Shown piece by piece: positions 12,124 through 25,514 of a stretch of 64,000 bases of DNA. The DNA lies in NCBI GenBank assembly GCA_965649765.1, contig OZ287754.1:59396001-59460000 (forward strand). Reading direction: 5' to 3'. The stretch is from Bispira polyomma. Its lineage: Eukaryota. The translations under genes were made by a program, and so were the position numbers. The notes below the pieces were generated by a model. It was given only the letters and a program-made list of their open reading frames with translations, was not told where the DNA came from and ran no database searches. Numbering within the stretch: the first letter of the stretch is position 1; every line of letters begins with the position of its first letter.

Positions 12124-14243
12124 CTGAAAAAAGACACACACACAAACACACATATATTAAGATAGTCCTGTACTGCTTTACAAGTCTATTAAAAAAAGTT
12201 GTGTCTTTTATACCATAGCAGCTAAAAATGTTTAAGAGCACTGATCCTATCACCAAAGATCTGTATTTTTATAACTAACACATTTCTAGTTCAAAGATTT
12301 TAAAGTTTGTGTTGGGAATTTTTATGTGTGAAGCATCTTGTGATGTTATAAAGGTTTGGACCCCAAATTGGAATGGACAGGATTTTGGAGCACTGAATTT
12401 ATATTAATTATATATATTGATGTGTAACCATTTCCTAAAATCAAATTTACTATGTGTCTTGCACATGATAATGCTATCAACAAGCCTAATATTCTTAAAG
12501 TGGAAATATTACTTTTCATATTTATGTTGTATTTTTGGGTGAAAGACAAGCGCTCTGAAATGGTTTTTTTAACTCCAATGATATAAAAGACTTCTAAGAT
12601 ATTTTAAAAGACTGGAAGTATAATATGCATGTATAGTATTACTAACACTTAATTCACTGACTGTTCACATAGACAAACCTACTTCACACTGGCTTATAAT
12701 GACCATGAGTAACACATAGGATAAGATCAGAATGGTGAATCAAACTCGAATCAAGAATTGTGGTGAACCCTTGAGAAAAGCTTAAAATGGAACCTAATAG
12801 AGGTCTGCGAATTTCTACAAAAGTCTGTCACAATTTGTGCATTGCGCTACAGAAGTTTTGATATACTTGGTGAAGTAATAAGAGTTTGACGGTTTCTACT
12901 GTATTCCGGTGGCAAATGTGAGGGCAGTTGTAGGTATTCTTTGTTATTTGTGCCATATTGTTGGTATTCGTGATTCTCCGTACAGCCATTCATAAACTAA
13001 CAATCACCAATATTGGTTATTCTATCTTTTCAGTCTTTAAACAACCCTCATAAATTTGTCTCGCGATTTGTGTGTGAATTCATATAAATACTGCGCATAT
13101 CATTGGCTATTCTTATCATATCGATAACCGTGCAACATATGTAGATATCCTTGCCGTATCAGACTTATCATACTTGCTACAGATAAATATTTTGACCAAT
13201 CCTCCCGATATTGAGGTGAAGAACCACAGATTTAATATTCGGCTAGATTCTTAGTATTCGCGCACTGATCCCTACTTGACCCTGCTCCTATAGGTGACTG
13301 GGGCCTTGATCAACTAAAAAAACCTGCTGCTAAACCAAATGTACTTGCTGCCTTAAATTGTACAAATGCTTGGGGCGACATCGATGCTGTGCTTTTATAT
13401 CCCTATGTAATTTTATATCTCAGTTCTAGGTCAACTATTTTGAGTACTCTAGTATAAAACTAATTTAAACAGAATTTGTACAGGAGCCAATCAGAAAAAA
13501 AAACTAATTAAAAAAATGATGAGTATGTCCTCTAAAGATTAAGGGTTTGGTAGAAATAATTGTTTGTTCAAGGTTCTGGAAATATTTGGAAACTTGATAC
13601 TTCTCACATGTAAGTTTGAAAGTATTCAGTTGATGCCGAGTGTGAAAATTCTCGAAAATAATGTGTACCTATTTAAAAAACGGTCTGTAGTTTTTATACA
13701 CAATATATGTACAAGATCAGCAGGCATTTTCCTGTACTGAGACCTTTTTGAAACCTGATACCTGCTGGGAAATTACGAGGGATTTATGAGGGAGCTAAAA
13801 CTGAACAATTGGTTGACAAGTGAAAGAACCTAGGCTAGGGTAATAATGTCAAAGCGCAATTTGATAACAGTGATGTTGGAAGTACACTGTATTAACTTGA
13901 ACAATTATTATGATGATGTAATAATGTGGAAAAGATTACATATACATGTAAATCTTTGGATATGTGCAACATGTTCCTAGCAATACTTAGGTGGAAGTTT
14001 ACAGTGAGGAACTTAATTGGACGATAACGATGATATATTAATGAAGTGAGAATAAAGTCAAGAATACTGTAAAAGTACAAGTAGATACAAATACTCTTCA
14101 TTAAATGTTTTATAGCCTCAATGTCTGATTGATTGAAAAAAATCCTCAAAATAGCACGAGAGTTATTAGTGGCACCCCACATAGCCCAGAGTTGATATTG
14201 TAACTATGTGAAGGGGGGAAATACCTACATCCAGATGTATAGT

Positions 14244-14520
14244 TGTTCCAAATATGAAATAGCTCCTGCGATAACAGCCATAACACCCTGATCTAAGGCT
14301 GCAATGTGTTCATAACGGGATGCTGTTCCAAATATGGAATAGCTCCTCAGATCATACTGAGTACAGACCTCTTACAGTCAGTGGTAAAACTATGGTCTTA
14401 AGGCTGTAATGTGTTCAGAACAGGATGCTGTTCCAAATATAAAATAGCTGCTCAGATCATACTGATTACAGACCTCAAACAGTCAGAGGTAAAATCATGG
14501 TCTTAAAGCTGCAAATGTGT
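14244..14520. repeat. ~105-bp tandem duplication (2+ copies)
   Basis: TGTTCCAAATAT..AATAGCT recurs three times. Confidence 0.8.
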
Positions 14521-17500
14521 TTAAAAAAATTAACACTTATATGTGGTTCTAGATGTGTAGCATCCTGTTTTAATCAAAGATGACCTTTCACTAACCAAGT
14601 GCTTCAGGATGTACAGTGTGTGGTCAAGATAACATAAAGGTCAAATAATAACTGCAAAGTCAAGGCCAAATATCAGAAAACTGACCACACATGTACACAC
14701 ACCCCTTTAATACACATTTGTACCAAATGTAAACGTGTCTTGTCAAGTGGTTAGATAAAGTCAAAGTCGAGGGTTTTAAGGTTAATGTTTAAGACCACGT
14801 TTAACCAGTACAGAGTAGTTAGGAAATGATTTCTGCATTCAAAAGCACCAGCCTTTAGCAAGACTTGAATGCCAATTCATCCACTACATAAATGCCCCGG
14901 GTGGAAATCAAATCATGATTGCAGAGGTAAAGGTATGAATCAATGACATACTTCAAAGGTCAAAATGAGGTTAAACTATGATGGTGTACATTTCTACCTA
15001 AGTGGAGTAGTAGTTCCTGAGAAATAGTCCAGAAGAGGAAGGTCACCCAAAGTCTGATACTACAACACCTTTATTATCTGTGGTCCAAATGTCTGCTAAT
15101 AGTAACGGAATACTATCCCCCACTTTGGTTCAAATAACTGCTAAGAGTGTAAATATTCATTCAGAGTAAGAATCCATCAAAGATGGGTAGCTTCATGCCT
15201 GACTATTTAGACAAGTTTACATTTATTTTTATATATTAGGTTTATAATATATTTCACCTTATATTTTTAAAGTTTTTATTCTGTGAAACTATTTTTCTAT
15301 TTTTTTTTTGACGCAAGAAGGTGGATTAAAAAATTTGTAGGGGAAACTACCAGTGTGATAATAAGATCACGTTTTGTCCAGAGATAATGCAAACACCTGA
15401 TTTTTTTAATCTAAAGTACTGGTAATTAGCAAAATACAGCAATACTAAGGAGATCTACGACAATATCTTTTAAGGTAGGATTTGCTAATAACACATCTGA
15501 GATCAGTAAAGCTGGTATCAAATATACAGCTGTAAATGTTTGCAAGAGACTGCTGTTAAGAATTGTGAGCCTTGTGGCTTTAGACCAATACACATGTAAC
15601 AGTGTCTAAGGATGAAGTACCATACTTATTCGAATAAATGTCCTGGTAACAATGCATTATGCTGAGGAGGAGGCGGAGGGGGAGGGAAGCAATATTTGAA
15701 AACCAAATACTCTAGGTAGACGAGATGGTGATAACGTTCATTTGCATTACATCATCGACATTATCTACATACTCGTGTTAAATGATGAGTTTCATAATAG
15801 AAGTTACTTTTTTGTTTACATAATCTTTGATGTTAGGTGATACAATGAACGTTTTCATACACTCATCATTTTCAACAGAGGTTGTCATTTTGTCAAAACT
15901 CAAACTGTAGAGTGGCAGATAATATAACACTGGACACCCGGAATCAGTAAACACAGTCAGTTACTTCATCCATTGTTTTTTCTAAACTATTAAGAAATGA
16001 AAGTGGATGGAGGTGGTGGGAGTGCCTATATAGATGAATACTAAACACAGCACATCCAATTGACTTTAAAGCAAAGTTTTAAGAATGAAATCTACACGAT
16101 TCTTAGATGCCAATGTTTCTTGTTACAATATTTCATATCGCCATGACCGCAATGCTACGCCTAATAAAAGATCTGTTTTTCAAAATTTTTGCAGGCCATG
16201 ATTTTCAGCGTATTACCTGACATTCTATAACAGTTAGGCCAGTGATATAAAATCTCACAGCTTTACATGGGCTAAGTTTAATGGATATGTATACAGTTGA
16301 GCTTTAAAACGTTCGTGTTGAAATAGCATGTAATCCTGTAAATATACTGACACACAAAGGTAGTAAATGTGTGTTCGTCACCGTTGACCTTACAATACGA
16401 TCTAAAGGTCGTTAAGCTGTAGCCTTAGCCTAAAATAACTTTGGGGTTAGCACATCTGCACATACAGGATAGAAGTGTCATTAGACTATAAATATAAAAT
16501 CCAAACCTTTTTCCCATGTGAAACATCTAAGTCATAAATTACCTTTCAATGCTTCGGAATACTCCGCTTACATTAAAATTTCTTTGTTTCTTTGTGGGTT
16601 TTTTTCCCAACAATATTTGGATCCAAGGCATTTTAATAATTCAAGATAAGGCTATTTTAACTGACCAAACTCATTCTGTCTATAATATCTGGCCATGTGT
16701 TATTCCCCACAAGTTTTGGTCCCTGTAGTATCCGAGTTAAAAAACACACTTATCATATGCAGCAATAATTAATGCTACCCAAATATGAACTTCCTCCCAC
16801 AATCAGGGTTCTTAAGGTATAGCTTTTGAAAAGATATTAAGAATCACTAAAGTTCAAACGAAGGTCAGACTATGATCTACCTTGTGAATATTTGCACAAA
16901 TCTCCTATTACAATCTTCCCCTAAACTTCAGACAACACATGATATGTTAAAGATAAAAAAAAAAGGCCACAGGTCAAACTAAGGTCAAACAATGATGTGG
17001 CATAGCCACAACACTTTGCAATACATGAACTCCAATTAACAAAGCTTTGTAAGGTCAAACTAAATATCAGGTATTAATTTTGAAACACATATTAAATGAG
17101 GTTCCAAAAATATAGGGTGGATAAGATCTCTAAAGTTTCAGCCAGACATGAAACACATGTACGAAACATGTATTAATACTGCAGTCTCCGCTTGAAGAGG
17201 TGATTGACTTATGGGTATTAATTTCAAAGATGCAGAACTTAAAACTACACAGTATTTAATAGTTAAATATGACAGGACGCTCCCTAAATTACCTTAAACT
17301 TGTCCAAAATCCTCAGATATGAGGCTACTTATGTTATGGAAGATGTGTCACTCTAAATACTTACACTATGAGTAGTAATTTGTACCAAATCTGAAGTTCA
17401 TCGGACTTTAGATGTTCACCAGAGGTGGCATGGGTAATGAGATTAAGTTAGAGACTTGTAATTCCAAAACATGTCGGCACAATTTTACAATTAAGATATT

Positions 17501-18567
17501 TTTTTTTATTTTGTACATTCGTATGAAATAAAATTTTAACTGAATTTAAATTAAATTTTAATGTAATTGGATCTACGTATGATAATTTGTTTTGAACTTT
17601 TGATGTCATTTTCTTGAACTAAGATATAAAAGCACAGCTTCTTAACATTCGAGTCATTCTTATGTCCTTATATCGACAAAACTTCAATGCAAGCATTTCT
17701 AAATAGCAACAGGTTTTTCAGATGACCATTTGTTTAAAAAATTTAATGTTAAATCGTATAAGCCAGTGCAAGGCAGGAGTAATATGAAATTGAAAATAAG
17801 TGAACTGTAGGCTTTTTTTCTTTATTTTTTAAAAAGCAAAACATGATACACACAAAGAGTATGATAGACTTTGTTAGTATTTACATGACTAGTCCATTCT
17901 GAACCATTTTACTGTCTCACAGAAGCAGATGATATAAATACAGATATTCCTTGTAGACATTAGCGATTAGAACTGTTGCCACAAAGTGAAGATATCCATC
18001 CAGACAAAATCCAACCCCTCTGAGTCTGAGAGGATTGGAGAATAGTTTAAGTTGTCCGTTGGTTAGGATGTGTCACAAGGGCCTTGGAGTATGGTGGGTA
18101 AGGTTGGAGCGTCTTTAGATACTTCAAACAGCTACTGCACTGGAACTATCAGTTAGTTGAGATCATGGGGCCGGGCCGTATTTAGAAACACTCTTAGAAT
18201 ACAGTTCTGAGAATTATATTAAGTTTCAGCCAGTCAGAATCTTTGAAAACAATAGTTTCAGCCAATCAAATTGGTTGAGATAAAAATTTAAAAATAAGAA
18301 TCTTTTTGAATGCCAGTTCAAAATCTTTGCATATTTTTTTCAGTTTTATACAAACAATTATAATTGCTGGTTTAGAATACCATTAATTAACTGTTCCTGT
18401 CCCAATTTTTTTCAACTTTACAGAAAGATCAAAATAATAAAAATGAAGTGTCATAGCCTCACAGGTGTCACAAATGAAAAATTAACCTGTCCAAAAATAT
18501 ACATATTTACAGATATATTTTAGCAATATTATATCAAATGCAGTACAACATGTAGTTAAGTGACAAA

Positions 18568-20604
18568 TTACTTGTTTAGAAACTTGGCAAATGCGGCTTT
18601 CCGTGCAATAGCTTTTTGAGGTTTTGGGGGCTCTTTTTTGGGCTCGGGTTCAGGCTCTGGAGGAGGGGGGGCTTTTTTGCTAAATCGTGGGGCAGGTTTG
18701 GCGGGCTCGGGTTCAAACATGGAAAACTTATTCCCAAATTTGGCATGGAGTTTATTTTTAGGCTTTTCCGGTTCTGGTTCTGGCTCCGGTTCCGGTTCAG
18801 GTTCTGGTTTTTTCTTCTTTTGACCCCAGATAAAGACCTCTGATTTAGTCTTCTCGAAAGCCGCGGCTTTGGCCGCCAAGGAAGCCTTTGATTTACTGGT
18901 TTTCGCTTTCTCTACTTCGTTATCCTTTAGTTTTTTGGCCTTGGCTTTGGTGGATTTAGATTTAGCGGGTTTGGGCGGGGGTTTAGGACTAACAGTGGGG
19001 GGCTTGTAGTCTGGGTCGTTTTGGGGTTGGAATAGCTGGCGTAGTTGACCTCGTTTGGGTCCGGGCATTACCTCGGGACACCTCTCCTTCCTTAGCCTGG
19101 CCTCCTCTTCCTCCTGGATCTGATTCCAGCGGTTACGCATGCAAGAAGTGTGCCTCTCTGGAATCAGTACAGTGTGGTCGTTAACCAGCTCATCTTCCTC
19201 ATCCAGTCTCTGCTGTTCAGTGTACTCCTCATCAGAGTTGGCCTTCTCTTCATTCAGGGCTTTGGCGTGCTCAATCTCCTGCATCCACTTGGGTTTGGAG
19301 TGGTCCCTGTGTCGCTCCAGTAGTACTTCATCATTGGTATTGATCCACTGTTTCACCAGCCCCTTGGCTCTGCCACTCTCTATGTTGGGTTGCCTGGCTT
19401 CGTAGTCCACGCTACACTTTACCACGTCAGTGCGTTCCTCTGGTTCGTTCTCTGCCACCTCTACTCCGTCAGCGCGATCCATACTGATCATGTCCTTGGG
19501 GCCCATCCTGCCGTCATCATCGTCCTGTGGTATGAAGCGTCCGGCCAGTAGCATGGTATGGCCCCTCTGAGTGGGTACATTCTCCTCTTCCTTTTGGCCC
19601 TCCCTCACCACATCATCCCTCACAGTCGGCTCATTCTCAATCACCGTTGGGGTGCCGCTCTCCACATCCATGCTGAAGCCTTTTGGCTCGTACTCATGTT
19701 TGCGGTTCTGCCACATACTAGCCATGTTTCTGGATCTTCCCGCCTCAAAGCGGATCCCCTTGTCCGCATCTGCCAGGTCGCTCTCTCTGGCCACATCTTC
19801 TCTGAATGTGGGCGTGCTTTCCAGCACAATACCCCCATCTGTGGCGATGTCCAGGGGCTTGTTTTCCTTCTGGTATTCTGGCTGACTGCTGAAGAAGGAC
19901 TTGAGGTCTGATGCCTTCCCACGCTGTACGTATACCCTTTCTAGGTTCGCGTCTCCCGTGACGACATCTTCCCGCTGCGGGGCTGGCTCATTCTCCAGGA
20001 CAACGGGGCCAGCATCTTCCTCATTGTACAGCTTGATTGGGCCTCTGTCCAGTGGAAACTCATTGTTGATATTAAGGAACTTCTCCATTAGATTGCTGGC
20101 AGTGCCTTTACCCGGCAGATTGCTTTCATCCTTCATGTCGCTCTCTCTCAGGACATCGTCCCTTTGGACCGGTTCATTCTCCAGAATACAACCTTCATCT
20201 TCGGCCAGTTTAATGGGAGCTCTGTCGATCAGCTGTGGCCCTTCGTTCTCCTTGTTGAGCCAGGATTCCCTCAACTGATTAGTAAACCCATGCTGGAACT
20301 CCTCCATTTTGGTATCGGACTCCCTGGCCACGTCGTCTCGCTGAGACGGCTTGTTCTCAAACACGCCCGCTCCCTTGTCCTCGTAGACGGTGATCTCGGT
20401 TTTCTTAAAGCTATGTTTGTCTGGCAAGTCGCCACTCTCAAACATAGCACGCCTGTTCTTGGTGATTTCGGGGGCAGGACACTTTTCAACTTTCTGCCTG
20501 TTGACTATTGGTGCATTGGATGGGGAACGAGGCACCGAGTTGCTTCTTGAGGATGGATTGATGGCAACCTTGGTGTAGTCACCGCCTGGATTACTCAGTG
20601 ACAC
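18568..20604 (-). CDS. large exon with six ~60-aa ENEP/RxDV repeats; read-through gives a Lys/Pro/Glu-rich C-terminus; internal donor after 18994
   Basis: TCATTGCAG|GTG acceptor (phase 0), 678 open codons to TAA, GC well above the flanks. Internal ACT|GTTAGT donor is in frame with exon 12123. Confidence 0.9.
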   Translation of the reverse strand: MSLSNPGGDYTKVAINPSSRSNSVPRSPSNAPIVNRQKVEKCPAPEITKNRRAMFESGDLPDKHSFKKTEITVYEDKGAGVFENKPSQRDDVARESDTKMEEFQHGFTNQLRESWLNKENEGPQLIDRAPIKLAEDEGCILENEPVQRDDVLRESDMKDESNLPGKGTASNLMEKFLNINNEFPLDRGPIKLYNEEDAGPVVLENEPAPQREDVVTGDANLERVYVQRGKASDLKSFFSSQPEYQKENKPLDIATDGGIVLESTPTFREDVARESDLADADKGIRFEAGRSRNMASMWQNRKHEYEPKGFSMDVESGTPTVIENEPTVRDDVVREGQKEEENVPTQRGHTMLLAGRFIPQDDDDGRMGPKDMISMDRADGVEVAENEPEERTDVVKCSVDYEARQPNIESGRAKGLVKQWINTNDEVLLERHRDHSKPKWMQEIEHAKALNEEKANSDEEYTEQQRLDEEDELVNDHTVLIPERHTSCMRNRWNQIQEEEEARLRKERCPEVMPGPKRGQLRQLFQPQNDPDYKPPTVSPKPPPKPAKSKSTKAKAKKLKDNEVEKAKTSKSKASLAAKAAAFEKTKSEVFIWGQKKKKPEPEPEPEPEPEPEKPKNKLHAKFGNKFSMFEPEPAKPAPRFSKKAPPPPEPEPEPKKEPPKPQKAIARKAAFAKFLNK

Positions 20605-21947
20605 CTGCAATGATACGAAACAAGAACAAGTGTGTGAACATCGGTACACAACAAATTAAGGTGGCTACAAACAAAGTGTGACAAAACTCTACAAGAAATC
20701 AAGGTGGCTGCAAAAGCACACCAAACTGTGTTACTAAAGAAATCTTTATTCTAATCTGAGCAACAATCTTTAATCTTTAGCAATCGTCTCCATAATGTGT
20801 ACAAGATTGAACATACAATTACTATCAATACTTTTTAAGTGATACCCAAGCAGTGTACACTTTTATTCTAACAAAAAGACATTTAGTAATTTCGTTAGAA
20901 TATGGTAAATCATGCTGATAAAAAACAAAGTACCGGTATATATGCTTAATGAGACAAGCATTATGTGACAAACCTATCACTTAGTTTATGTTGTCTATTC
21001 ACCTGTAAAAGCTTTCTGTTCTAAACATATAGTTTTTAAAATAAAAACTCATTCATGAAGATTCTATTTTCACATTTTGTACCATTTTAAAAATCTCCAA
21101 ATAGTAGATGATTACGTCAATAAATTCAAGAGAGTAGACTTACAATGTGTATGTTGTGCTAGTTGTATCCCAGACACGCAATTGTAGGTGTGTTAAACTA
21201 CCACCACTAAAACTCTGATGTCTATAGTCTGGAGCAGAAACCCCTAATTGTTTGTAGTAGTACTTTGTACTATCTCTATAGAGTTTCACCAGGTCCTTAA
21301 ACAGTACTTTACTGTATCCATAGCTACTTGACCAGTCCGGCAGTTTAGAAACCAAAAGTCCTCACTCTAAAAACACACCTCTCCCTACACACAAATGTTT
21401 CCTTGATACTTTTCTCACTAAGCTATGTGCAGGAACTGCTTGTGAAAAGCTTCAGAAAAGTTTTCCTGCAACAGCAGCAGTTAGGACCAGAAAAAACTAT
21501 GTGTGCAACAAAAGCTAGTATGTGTATACAAGTTTTAGTGAGGAGTTTGGTGGTGGGGGAAGGAGGGGTGGGGGAGAGGGGGAAGGAGGGGTGGGGGAGA
21601 GGGGGAGGTTAGAGGGGGGGGGGGAGCTGAGAGAAAGCTGCTTGTGTTGTTGTGTACATACTGAAGAAAGAAGAGAGTTAAAGATCTTGTGTAGCAGTGG
21701 TAGTAGCAAACTTGAGCTATGGTCTGAGCTGTATGGAAGATATATACAGTGCACTGTGAGCCTGTGATTTGTCTTAAGGGGGGGATGGGGCTGGGGGGGG
21801 GGGGGGAACTGATCCAGTATGGACTAACATTCCTACTGCTACCTCCTTCAGAGAGTGTGGGCAGAATGCCCAGATTACAGGGCTGACGCACATTCCCACT
21901 ATTACCTCTACACACAACACACACAAATACTGCCTAATAGTATTATA

Positions 21948-22146
21948 GAGTAAGAAATCTAAAATTCATTATAAAAGATAAAATCAATAAAAACTGAGCG
22001 AAAAACAACTGGAATTTTGGTAAGTAAAGCAAGATAGTGACAACGATCTCAATTTCAACGAACTTTACCCTCAATTCTACCAAAAACACAACATTTTCTA
22101 GAGTGGCGAATTTAAGATACAGTGGCCAATTTTAGATTCCTTACTC
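21948..22146. mobile_element. MITE, same family as 7836-8058, TA duplication, left TIR partly deleted
   Basis: TA-GAGTAAG...CTTACTC-TA, shared interior CAATTCTACCAAAAACAC. Confidence 0.8.
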
Positions 22147-22626
22147 TACACTTATCAAATTCTTTCTTGTGTTCAGGGCTGGTAATCACAAAGATTTTGA
22201 TTCCTAAATTTACATTTTAACCAATCTGATTGGCTGAGCTTAAGAAAATACTAACAATTGCATTCTAAGAATGTGATTGTGAATAGGGTTCACAAACTTC
22301 TGCAGTTTACAAATTCTGTATAAATGTTATCTCCATATTTCTCTGCCTGGACTCACTAGTAATATAGACAGTAGACAATATCTTCTATTAGTCCACTATC
22401 CACATAACTTTTGACTAGGTTCAACTAATACCTAATTTAAAACTACTTGTATTATTAAATGTTTGGACATGAAATTTGATTCTAATTCTGGAGAAATTTA
22501 ACATACACTGGTCCTTAGTTACAGAAAGTCTACTGTCCATCTAAATGGTAGGACCAAACACGGACTCTTACATATAGACCCTATAAACTTCAGACATTAT
22601 TAATCTACCACCTAAACTGGCATATA

Positions 22627-22820
22627 CTGTAGAACCTCTATTATCTGAATATGCTGGAAGAGACCAAGCTTGTACTCAGATAATGAAAGAGGTACACATA
22701 AAATGGAAGAAGAATTCCTGTATAAAACAATAGGAAAACATGAATGTAGGGTAGAGTGGCAATGAGTTCATCATATCAAATGTTTGGATAATAGAAGGTC
22801 AGATAATGGAGGTCCTACTG
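22627..22820. mobile_element. pogo/Tigger-like TA-flanked MITE (relatives at ~26790-26930, 40540-40735, 59692-59878)
   Basis: TIR C(A/T)GTAG(A/G)ACCTC(T/C)ATTATCTGA with flanking TA. Confidence 0.75.
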
Positions 22821-22825
22821 TACAG

Positions 22826-23260
22826 TAAGTGAGCGTTTCCATGCAGGCAACTTTTTGAGGTGACCAAACGACGTCCAACCGGCCATTTTTAATTTTTTTT
22901 TCAATAATTTGAGAAAAATAGATACTTATATTTAAACCTGAGTATCTTAGCCATTTCTTAACCGATTTTAATGCAACAAAAAGCACAATATACCCGATAA
23001 AAAAGGCTTTCTCACCATATTTTCATAAAATTAATAATTTTTGAGTTATTTAAAAATAATTGGCAATGTTTACAAGGCGACAGGCAATGCCAGGCGATTT
23101 CATTTGCTCCTAGTACCGAAAAAAAATCGCCTGGCATTGCATGTCACCTATCGGCATTGCTTACATGGAAAAACTATTATAAATCAATATAACTGATAGA
23201 ATCGTCGTCGGCCATCGCCTGATCGCCTCAGAAAGTTGCCTGCATGGAAACGCTCACTTA
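22826..23260. mobile_element. well-preserved MITE with ~45-bp TIRs and an internal palindrome
   Basis: TAAGTGAGCGTTTCCATGCAGGCAACTTT is perfectly inverted at both ends. Internal inverted repeat at ~23077-23148. Confidence 0.88.
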
Positions 23261-25514
23261 CTACAAACTGCTGCATAAACCTTCTGTATCAGCAACAGAG
23301 ACAGACAAACCAAACAACTCACTGCCAGCTCTGATCTGTGATTGCTTCTACCAGACTTGCATCCATTCAATTAGCCACAGAGCACATACATGTATATATT
23401 ATAATGGGGCAGGACACTGTGTTTACATGAATACCCAGTGAAGCATCAGTGTTAAGACTGACTCAAGGTGGTGGTGGAGTGCTGGCTTAGCAGCACCAGT
23501 TACAGAAAGTCTTAAGGTAAACACAGCACTCCCCCCCCCCCCCCCCACACTGAAAAAAAAAGAAGAACAACAATATTACTACTACCACAGACCAGGCTTC
23601 AGAGATGTGTATGCACAGCTGTGAGAGGCAACTGGAGAAAGGTTTATGTTTTATATACTAAAACTTCTAAGAGGAAAAAGAAGGGGGCATACTCTTGTGA
23701 ATATTTCATCTTGTGCATTGTGGAGGTGACTACTTGTATATAACATGGCACCATTACACTAGCAGTCGTATATACCGAATAAATTTATACCATAATTTAG
23801 CTACACCAATTGAGGATTCTAGTTCTCTAAGTTAAGGCAACATACTTTATGGTCTTACATACAACAATCAACATCTGGGATCCTAAGGTTTTCACACAGA
23901 TCTATCTAATGTCTGATTTTCTTGTTTTAAGTAAATCCAGGTTTTACTTCTAACAAATAACTCCCAGAGTAAAGTAAAGGAGTGAAGCAGTTGCTTGAAG
24001 GCATCTTCAATGCAAAAAATGTGGCAGACTGTCTGCGATTGAAGACTGGTTTTAACCAGAACTATCTGTTCTATAGAATTTAGGGAACAACATATAGCTA
24101 GAACAGTTATAGACCTCCAAATAGAAACTCTTTAAATATATTACAAAGACCTTTTCTTTTGTCCAAGAATGAGTCTATTCCATTAACATGTATTCCATGA
24201 TGGCCGAGATGGTTCTGTCTTAGATTTAATCCTTATACCATATTTCAATCTATATGCACAGATTCCAGTAAAATACTTCTAGAGTTCAGGGATTTCTTAT
24301 ATTTCTGTCACATGCTCCCTCTAATATATGAAGGGACAACTATTAAACAAGTAAATCAAATTTAAATTTACAGGATTTTAGAATTGCAATTCAGTTGAAT
24401 AATCACATGGTGGCTTCCACATTTTTGCATAAACTTTGACTTCAGGTTAAAATGCAACTGGTGATTCGTATTAAATTATCGAACGCGTTAAATTATAACT
24501 GTTACGCTAAAGACAGATTATAGAGACAGAAATATAAGAGATAAAATGCTACACCATTTCTTTTACAAAAGGCTTGGGTATTTCACTTGCTATAATTCTA
24601 CCAGTATCATAAAGGCATTAAGACCATATTTTGTATCAAATTTGCAATTCAAAGCTGTCATTAAAATTTTGGCATCAAACAAAATATAGAAGAATATATA
24701 ATCGTTTCCTGTTTACTCTCGCTGTAAGTACATGTTATTCTAATTTGCTTAAACTATATTAAATCTATAATGTAGTTGTGGTAGCTGGTGCATCACCTTA
24801 CTCAGGACCTGGTAGCACTTGTGTCCCCCAAGTGAGCCATAAGGGTACAGACTCTACGTTTCTCCTGACAAGTTAACACTCAATACCTAACCTTATCGTT
24901 AATAATGATGTACTTAATCAACACATATAGTATTCAGTTTGTTAAGAAACACTGATCAAAAGATTGAATTTTTTTTGTTGAATGTTGATGTACACACAAA
25001 ATAACAGCATATAACCTTATAGTACACACTATGGGTTGTATATTATAGTAACTGCTTACTACTTAATACTTTATACTGGCCTTACAGAGAACCTGCAGAT
25101 GTTTACATTACAATTAAAGATGCTATTAAAAAAGTGGTACATATGTTTTAGGTATATTAATGATGTCAAGGAGTACAACAGACTGTATATATGTACAGCT
25201 ATGTGTAAGTCAGGATCACTGAACTAGCAACAAACCTAAAAAAGAGCACTCAGTAGAGAGCACACCTCTACTGTAGGGGTAAAATTTAAAGGGTTCAGGT
25301 TTTAGCTACAGAACTAGACCCAAACCAAGAATTTTTAATGAATGACTGTTTAATAGAACTTCTATTTTACAAAATTCTATTAACCACTTTTTCAATTCTA
25401 TGAACTTATTTTCACAAACCAAATGTATCATCTTTGCCAAAGATGTTTTCTTACTGTCACCGGGACTAAGACCAAAATCTTAACCTTTATATCTAAAATC
25501 AAGATCTTAAGACT

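Noticed and set aside
18616-20578. Plus-strand ORFs overlapping the large exons (also at 46-47, 49, 51 and 55 kb)
   Set aside because: Antisense shadows of GC-richer coding sequence, with no independent signals.
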